Part shown: piece by piece, positions 61,896 to 64,000 of the stretch | How the letters are laid out: the number at the start of each line of letters is the position of its first letter | How positions within the stretch are numbered: the stretch's first letter is position 1 | NCBI RefSeq assembly: GCF_009914755.1 | Contig: NC_060947.1 | Length of the DNA: 64,000 bases | Source of the DNA: the human T2T-CHM13v2.0 reference genome, Homo sapiens | Direction: 5' to 3' (one strand) | The notes under the pieces: model-generated | What the model saw: only the letters and a program-made list of their open reading frames with translations | Told to the model about the DNA's origin: nothing | Databases searched by the model: none | Position numbers and translations under genes: made by a program

Positions 61896-62030
61896 ATTCA
61901 GGAAGTTGCAAGAAATGGTACAGAGTCCTGTGGGCTTCTCACTCAGCTTCCTTCAATGGCAATATCTTACATAGCTGTACTTCAGTATCAAAACCAGGAA
62001 ATTTATATTGGTACATTACTTTTAAATAAA
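61896..62030 (+). other. TAF1: Cryptic terminal exon TAF1-32i in intron 32 (3' end approximate)
   Basis: tatag|ATTCAGGAAGTTGCAAG acceptor; joined to exon 32 it gives GTATAATG-ATTCAGGAAGTTGCAAG, matching the 32i junction as I recall it; in-frame TAA at 62027-62029 overlaps AATAAA at 62025-62030. Confidence 0.75.
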
Positions 62031-62600
62031 TTACAAAACTTAGTTTTCACCATTTTAAAAATCTATTCATTTGTGCATAAGTGTGTGCAATTTCGTGCCA
62101 TATATATGTTCCTGTAACCACCACCACAATCAAGACTTAGAACTGTTACCATAAAGGAACTCCCTGTTCTTTGTATCTGCACCCCCCACACACACATGCC
62201 CACCACCACACCCACCACTGTTCCTGTTCCACTTATCCGTTCTCCATCTCTATAGTTTTGACATTTGAGCATGTTATATAAATGGAATAGTATAATATGT
62301 AACCATTTGAGATTGACTTTTTTCGCAAAGCATAATTCCCTTGAGGTCCATCTAAATTGTTGTATCAGTAGTTCATTTTTTAAATTGTTGAGTGTTCCAT
62401 TGTGTGGTTGTACCAGCGTTTGTTCAAACATTTACTCATTGAAGGACATTCAGATTTTCACTATTTTGCCATTGTGAGTAAAGCTGCTGTGAGCAATCAT
62501 AGACAGGGTTTTGGATGAGTTTAATTTTTCATTTCTTTGGGATAAATGCCCAAGAATAGAATGGTATATGTTTAGTTTTACAAGACACGGCACTATTTCA

Positions 62601-62743
62601 TTTTTTTTTTTTCCACATCAGATGTGGAAAAAAAATGTACTGGCATTGTAATAAGGCTTGAGGGAGGCACATCTCACACATGAACGTGAAAACCCAATGT
62701 CGTCACACTTACGTCATCATAAGCTTATGAACTACAAAAAGAT
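62601..62743 (-). pseudogene. U13 (SNORD13-like) snoRNA retrocopy with poly(A) tail
   Basis: Minus strand reads ATCTTTTTGTAGTTCATAAGC...TTGGGTTTTCACG..TGTGTGAGATGTGCCTCCCTCAAGCCTT, matching U13; T12 at 62601-62612 is the tail; it interrupts an old L1. Confidence 0.88.
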
Positions 62744-63785
62744 TGTGCCACACTTTTGGAGTGTCTGTACCATTTTACATTCCCACCAGCAATGTATGTG
62801 ATCCAGTTTCTCTGCAGCATTCACTGTTACCACTTTTTAAAATTTTAGCTGTTCTTCTATTGTGATTTTACTTGGCATTTTTCTTTTTTTAAATTAAAAA
62901 CATTTTCTTGCTCTCGGTCTTAAAATTATTTCCTCAAATACATTGTGTTTTTCTAATGGCTAATGATGTTGGGCATCTTTTCATGTGCCATCTGTGTCTT
63001 CTCCTCCTCCCTTCTTCTTTCTCCTTCTTTCTCCCTTCTTCCTTCTTTCTTCTTCTTCTTGTTATCTTTGCTCACTGCAACCTCCCCTTCCTGGGTTCAA
63101 GCAATTCTTGTGCCTCAGCCTCCTGAGTAGCAGGGATTACAGGCACGCAACATCATGCCCGGCTAATTTTTGTATTTTTAATAGAGACAGGGTTTCATGA
63201 TGTTGGCCAGGTTGGTCTCGAACTCCTGGCTTCAAGTGATCCTCCCACCTCAGCCTCCCAAAGCCATGGTGCCAAGCCCCATCTGTATATTTTCTTTGGT
63301 GAAGTGACTGTTCATTTCTTTGGCCCAGTTTTTTTTTTATTTTTTATTTTTATTGTTTGGAATTCAGTGCAAATTTTATTAGACTACAAAAACATATCAT
63401 AGTTATTTTAGATATATTTATATGAAGTCATAAAAGCTATGATTTTTGAAAAACAGCATAAGAAATTTTTTTAATTTCTTATATAAATTAACTTTAGTGT
63501 CTTAAGGATTCAATGATACAGTTTTTAAATTTTTTAAATTGATAGCAATTGTACATATTCTTGAGGGCACATAATTATATTTCCATACATATAATTTATA
63601 GTTATCAGATCAGGGTAATTAGCACGTCCACCATCTCAAATGTTTATCATTTTTTTGTGTTGAGAATGTGCAACATCCTTCTAGCTATTTGAAACTATAT
63701 ATTGTATTATTATTAACTATAGTCATTCTACGGCGCTATAGAACACTAGAACTGATTTCTCCTATCTAGCTATAATTTTGTATCT

Positions 63786-64000
63786 TTTTTTTTTCTAGGG
63801 TACATGTGCACAACGTGCAGGTTTGTTAAATATATATACATGTGCCATGTTGGTGTGCTGCATCCATTAACTTGTCATTTACATTAGATATTTCTCCTAA
63901 TGCTATCCCTCCCCCAGCCCCCCACCCCACAACAGGCCCCAGTATGTGATGTTCCCCACCTTGTGTCCAGGTGTTCTCATTGATCAATTCCCACCTATGA
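63786..64000 (-). mobile_element. Primate L1PA 3' end (continues beyond the window), next to an L1MA-like segment at ~63525-63785
   Basis: AGGGTACATGTGCACAACGTGCAGGTTTG...CATGTGCCATGTTGGTGTGCTGCA...TTCCCACCTATGA. Confidence 0.9.

Larger units (their letters stand above)
61870..63330 (-). mobile_element. Old mammalian L1 (L1M-type) 3' region hosting exon 32i, the U13 retrocopy and an Alu
   Basis: TTTCTTTGGGATAAATGCCCAAG, ATTCCCACCAGCAATGTATG and CTAATGATGTTGGGCATCTTTTCATGTG motifs. Confidence 0.75.

Noticed and set aside
62998-63062. CT-rich tract close to the XDP site
   Set aside because: Degenerate (CTT)n tail of the adjacent antisense Alu, not the SVA (CCCTCT)n hexamer.

Overview
Human genomic DNA from the middle of TAF1 (TFIID subunit 1, Xq13.1), + strand. 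I traced 26 consecutive GT-AG coding exons (conventional numbering 7-32) that splice into one open frame of 3820 nt. They cover the central TAF7-binding/DUF3591 region, the zinc knuckle, the NLS, bromodomain 1 and most of bromodomain 2. The rest is repeat-rich intron (many Alus plus L1, L2, MIR, Tigger/Charlie elements and a MaLR LTR), and most ORFs in the supplied track are Alu artefacts. Points of interest: a complete antisense PABPN1 processed pseudogene in intron 28; the empty target site of the X-linked dystonia-parkinsonism (XDP) SVA in intron 32, in the poly(A) tail of a U13 snoRNA retrocopy beside a perfect 15-bp-arm palindrome; the L1-derived cryptic terminal exon 32i; a candidate intronic poly(A) exit at the homologous position in bromodomain 1; a tailless 5S rRNA retropseudogene; a non-transposon tandem duplication in intron 9; and a possible vestigial exon-22 extension. 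Repeat family names and literature matches are from memory, not from database searches.
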